From NCBI GenBank assembly GCA_964573795.1, contig CAZNMF010000049.1, forward strand, positions 1,232 through 65,231: DNA of 64,000 nt, given 5' to 3'. The notes under the pieces are model-generated. The model was not told the DNA's origin. It ran no database searches and saw nothing but the letters and a program-made list of their open reading frames with translations. This document shows, one piece after another, positions 60,186 to 64,000 of the stretch (its first letter is position 1; each line of letters begins with the position of its first letter). The DNA comes from an uncultured Solibacteraceae bacterium. GTDB taxonomy: Bacteria; Acidobacteriota; Vicinamibacteria; Vicinamibacterales; SCN-69-37. Position numbers and translations under genes: made by a program.

Positions 60186-61180
60186 ATGGATGTGACTGGC
60201 GTCTCGGCGTTGCTCCGGCTGCTCGGCGACGACACGCGGCTGCGGCTGCTTCGCCTGCTGTCGCTGGAGGCGCTGAACGTATCGGAGCTCACCGCCGTGC
60301 TCGGCGTGGCGCAGTCGGGCGTCTCGCGCCATCTCGGGCTGCTGCGCGACGCGGGCCTGGTCGCCGAAGAGCGCACGGGCGGGTACACGTGGTACCGCCT
60401 CGCGCCGGCCTTCGGCATGCCCGACGAGACGCGCGCGCCGCTCTGGACCTGGCTCCGCGACGAGTTCACCAAGGTCACGCCCGCGACGACGGCCGACGAT
60501 GCGCGGCTGCAGGAGGTGCGGCGGCTGCGGAAGGAAAGCTTTGCGGACCACGGCGCAGGCCAGGAGCGGGGACAGCTCGTTCCCGGCCGGAGCTGGGCCG
60601 CGTGGTCGCGCGCGCTCGCGCTGCTGCTGCCCGCCGTCGACGTCGCCGATCTCGGCTGCGGCGAAGGCTATCTGACCGTCGAGATGGCGCACTGGGCGCG
60701 TCGCGTGGTCGCCGTCGATCGCTCCACGTCCGCCCTTGCGCACGCCCGCGCGCTCGCGGCGCGCCGCAAGGCGCGCAACATCACGTGGAAGCGCGGCGAG
60801 CTGGAGCGGCTGCCCGTCGACGACGCCGCGATCGACGTGGCGCTGCTGTCGCAGGCGCTGCACCACGCCGAGCGTCCCGAGGCCGCGCTGGCCGAGGCGC
60901 ACCGCATCCTGCGTCCCGGCGGCCGCGTGCTCGTGCTCGATCTTCGGGAGCACGACGAGTCGTGGGTACGCGCGAAGCTGGGCGATCGATGGCTCGGTTT
61001 CTCCGAGGCGCGGCTGCACGAGCTGCTCGCCGGCGCGGGCTTCGAACGCGTCGTCGTCCGCGTGGGCGCGCGGACGCCTGGCGATGCGTTCACGGTGTTG
61101 ATCGCCGCCGGCACGAAGGCGCCAGCGGTGCCGGCGGATCGACGCGCCGGCGCCGGAACGAAGAGGAAGGAACGACACGA

Positions 61181-61184
<4 letters not shown>
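60186..61184 (+). CDS. ArsR/SmtB-family winged-HTH fused to a class I SAM-dependent methyltransferase domain
   Basis: N-terminus is ...[48 protein letters not shown]... The C-terminus has SAM motif [12 protein letters not shown] and ...[11 protein letters not shown]... Confidence 0.85.

Positions 61185-64000
<2,816 letters not shown>

Overview
High-GC bacterial chromosomal window, roughly two-thirds G+C by eye. It appears to begin in the origin-proximal dnaA/rpmH divergent region. All calls come from reading the sequence and the ORF translations by eye; no searches were run.

Positions 441-24453 are one almost unbroken plus-strand housekeeping block. It holds rpmH-rnpA-yidD-yidC-jag-mnmE-mnmG-rsmG, a lower-GC islet carrying a perfect parS palindrome, then parA-parB. 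Next come atpHAGDC without atpBEF, a PP2C phosphatase, a Wzm/Wzt-type ABC exporter, a heptose-1-P adenylyltransferase domain protein, mfd, a SurA-like PPIase and a Dus enzyme.

From about 24.4 kb the strands mix. The most interesting part is a regulatory island at about 24.4-35.4 kb. It contains a sigma-54 enhancer-binding response regulator, a small HTH protein overlapping a stand-alone DHp-like (HisKA helix only) ORF, and a near-consensus -24/-12 promoter with an upstream palindrome in front of a FliA-type sigma gene. It also contains a soluble hybrid histidine kinase coupled to a PCYCGC-motif lipoprotein, a GAF-GAF-PP2C phosphatase and a membrane GAF protein. I propose, as inference only, that these form a phosphorelay feeding a sigma-54 -> sigma-28-like cascade.

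The rest is metabolic and envelope genes: aminotransferase / AI-2E / orphan NuoG-like / DsbD operon, OMP, DoxX, SDR, nitroreductase, MTHFR-like, D-Cys desulfhydrase family, beta-CASP nuclease, M49 peptidase, DUF349 giant, PepF, and an ArsR-methyltransferase fusion overlapping a partial metH.

Intergenic DNA is unusual. Several spacers hold 7-bp or 8-bp tandem arrays, and there are paired inverted GC hairpins about 113 bp apart.

No tRNA, rRNA, CRISPR array, transposase or integrase was seen. Many very long antisense ORFs in the track are high-GC artefacts.
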